A program made the position numbers and the translations under genes. The notes under the pieces were generated by a model that saw only the letters and a list, made by a program, of their open reading frames with translations, had not been told where the DNA came from and ran no database searches. A stretch of 64,000 bases of DNA from Thermodesulfovibrionia bacterium (lineage in GTDB: Bacteria > Nitrospirota > Thermodesulfovibrionia > UBA6902): contig JAGVGM010000348.1 in NCBI GenBank assembly GCA_020057065.1, forward strand, positions 345 through 64,344, read 5' to 3'. Positions 63,770 to 64,000 of this stretch are shown here, one piece after another; position 1 is the first letter of the stretch; every line of letters starts with the position of its first letter.

Positions 63770-64000
63770 ATGAAATTTATTGAATCTGAAACAGTGGAAC
63801 TAAAAAAAACCACCTCTGAGATTAAAGAAGCGATTGTATCAATCGTTGCCATGCTCAATAAACATCAACACGGAGAATTATTTTTTGGAATTAATAACAC
63901 TGGCCTCGTGACCGGCCAGAACGTTACAGACAAGACATTGCGCGATGTATCAAAAGCCATATCAGACAATATCGAACCTAAAATTTATCCTGCCATAAGC
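63770..64000 (+). CDS. Second AlbA_2/Schlafen-like protein, N-terminal part (runs off window)
   Basis: Not in the track. From ATG 63770: MKFIESETVELKKTTSEIKEAIVSIVAMLNKHQHGELFFGINNTGLVTGQNV... The frame is open to nt 64000. It is preceded by a 15-codon ORF (63726-63773) whose TGA overlaps this ATG. Confidence 0.7.
   Translation, partial: MKFIESETVELKKTTSEIKEAIVSIVAMLNKHQHGELFFGINNTGLVTGQNVTDKTLRDVSKAISDNIEPKIYPAIS

Overview
64-kb chromosomal segment of a diderm-type bacterium (Mla, MreBCD/PBP2/RodA, PEP-CTERM, sigma-54 features). It is gene-dense and visibly A+T-leaning, but I cannot assign a lineage from sequence alone. All calls come from reading motifs by eye. No database or HMM search was run.

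The housekeeping backbone on the minus strand is folP'(partial)-ftsH, an EamA transporter, an NtrC-type sigma-54 activator, gatB-gatA-Nudix, rseP-dxr-cdsA-uppS, an FG-GAP protein, mlaE-F-D, rodA-mrdA-mreD-mreC-mreB and an RDD protein. On the plus strand it is trpE-trpG-(membrane protein)-trpD, dnaE, accA, a DUF1460 amidase-like gene with ampG, hisC-hisB and a probable PPi-dependent PFK.

Four accessory patches interrupt the backbone:
1. 17.8-24.5 kb: a mosaic, partly decayed Type I R-M island. It holds a frameshifted hsdM fused to a half hsdS, ghost hsdS-3' and hsdR-5' fragments, an internally deleted PIN gene, a four-helix-bundle gene and an intact hsdR.
2. 30.7-33.7 kb: vapBC plus three orphan genes next to tRNA-Gly(GCC).
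3. 42.3-52.7 kb: a secreted nuclease trio, then a co-directional cluster of ECF sigma / soluble zf-HC2 anti-sigma / CHAT-TM-DUF4384-trypsin-like protease / RHH-PIN pair / exported TPR-CHAT. This is my best candidate for an undescribed system: protease-gated sigma-factor signalling, conceptually like Craspase-Csx30-RpoE but with no CRISPR components.
4. 58.7-64 kb: an SNF2 helicase followed by tandem AlbA_2/Schlafen-like modules, each preceded by a vestigial Mod-methylase-like 5' end and a conserved leader of about 85 nt.

The window also carries several families of short hairpin or simple-sequence repeats. Some sit inside open reading frames (dnaE, hisC, the dxr 3' end).
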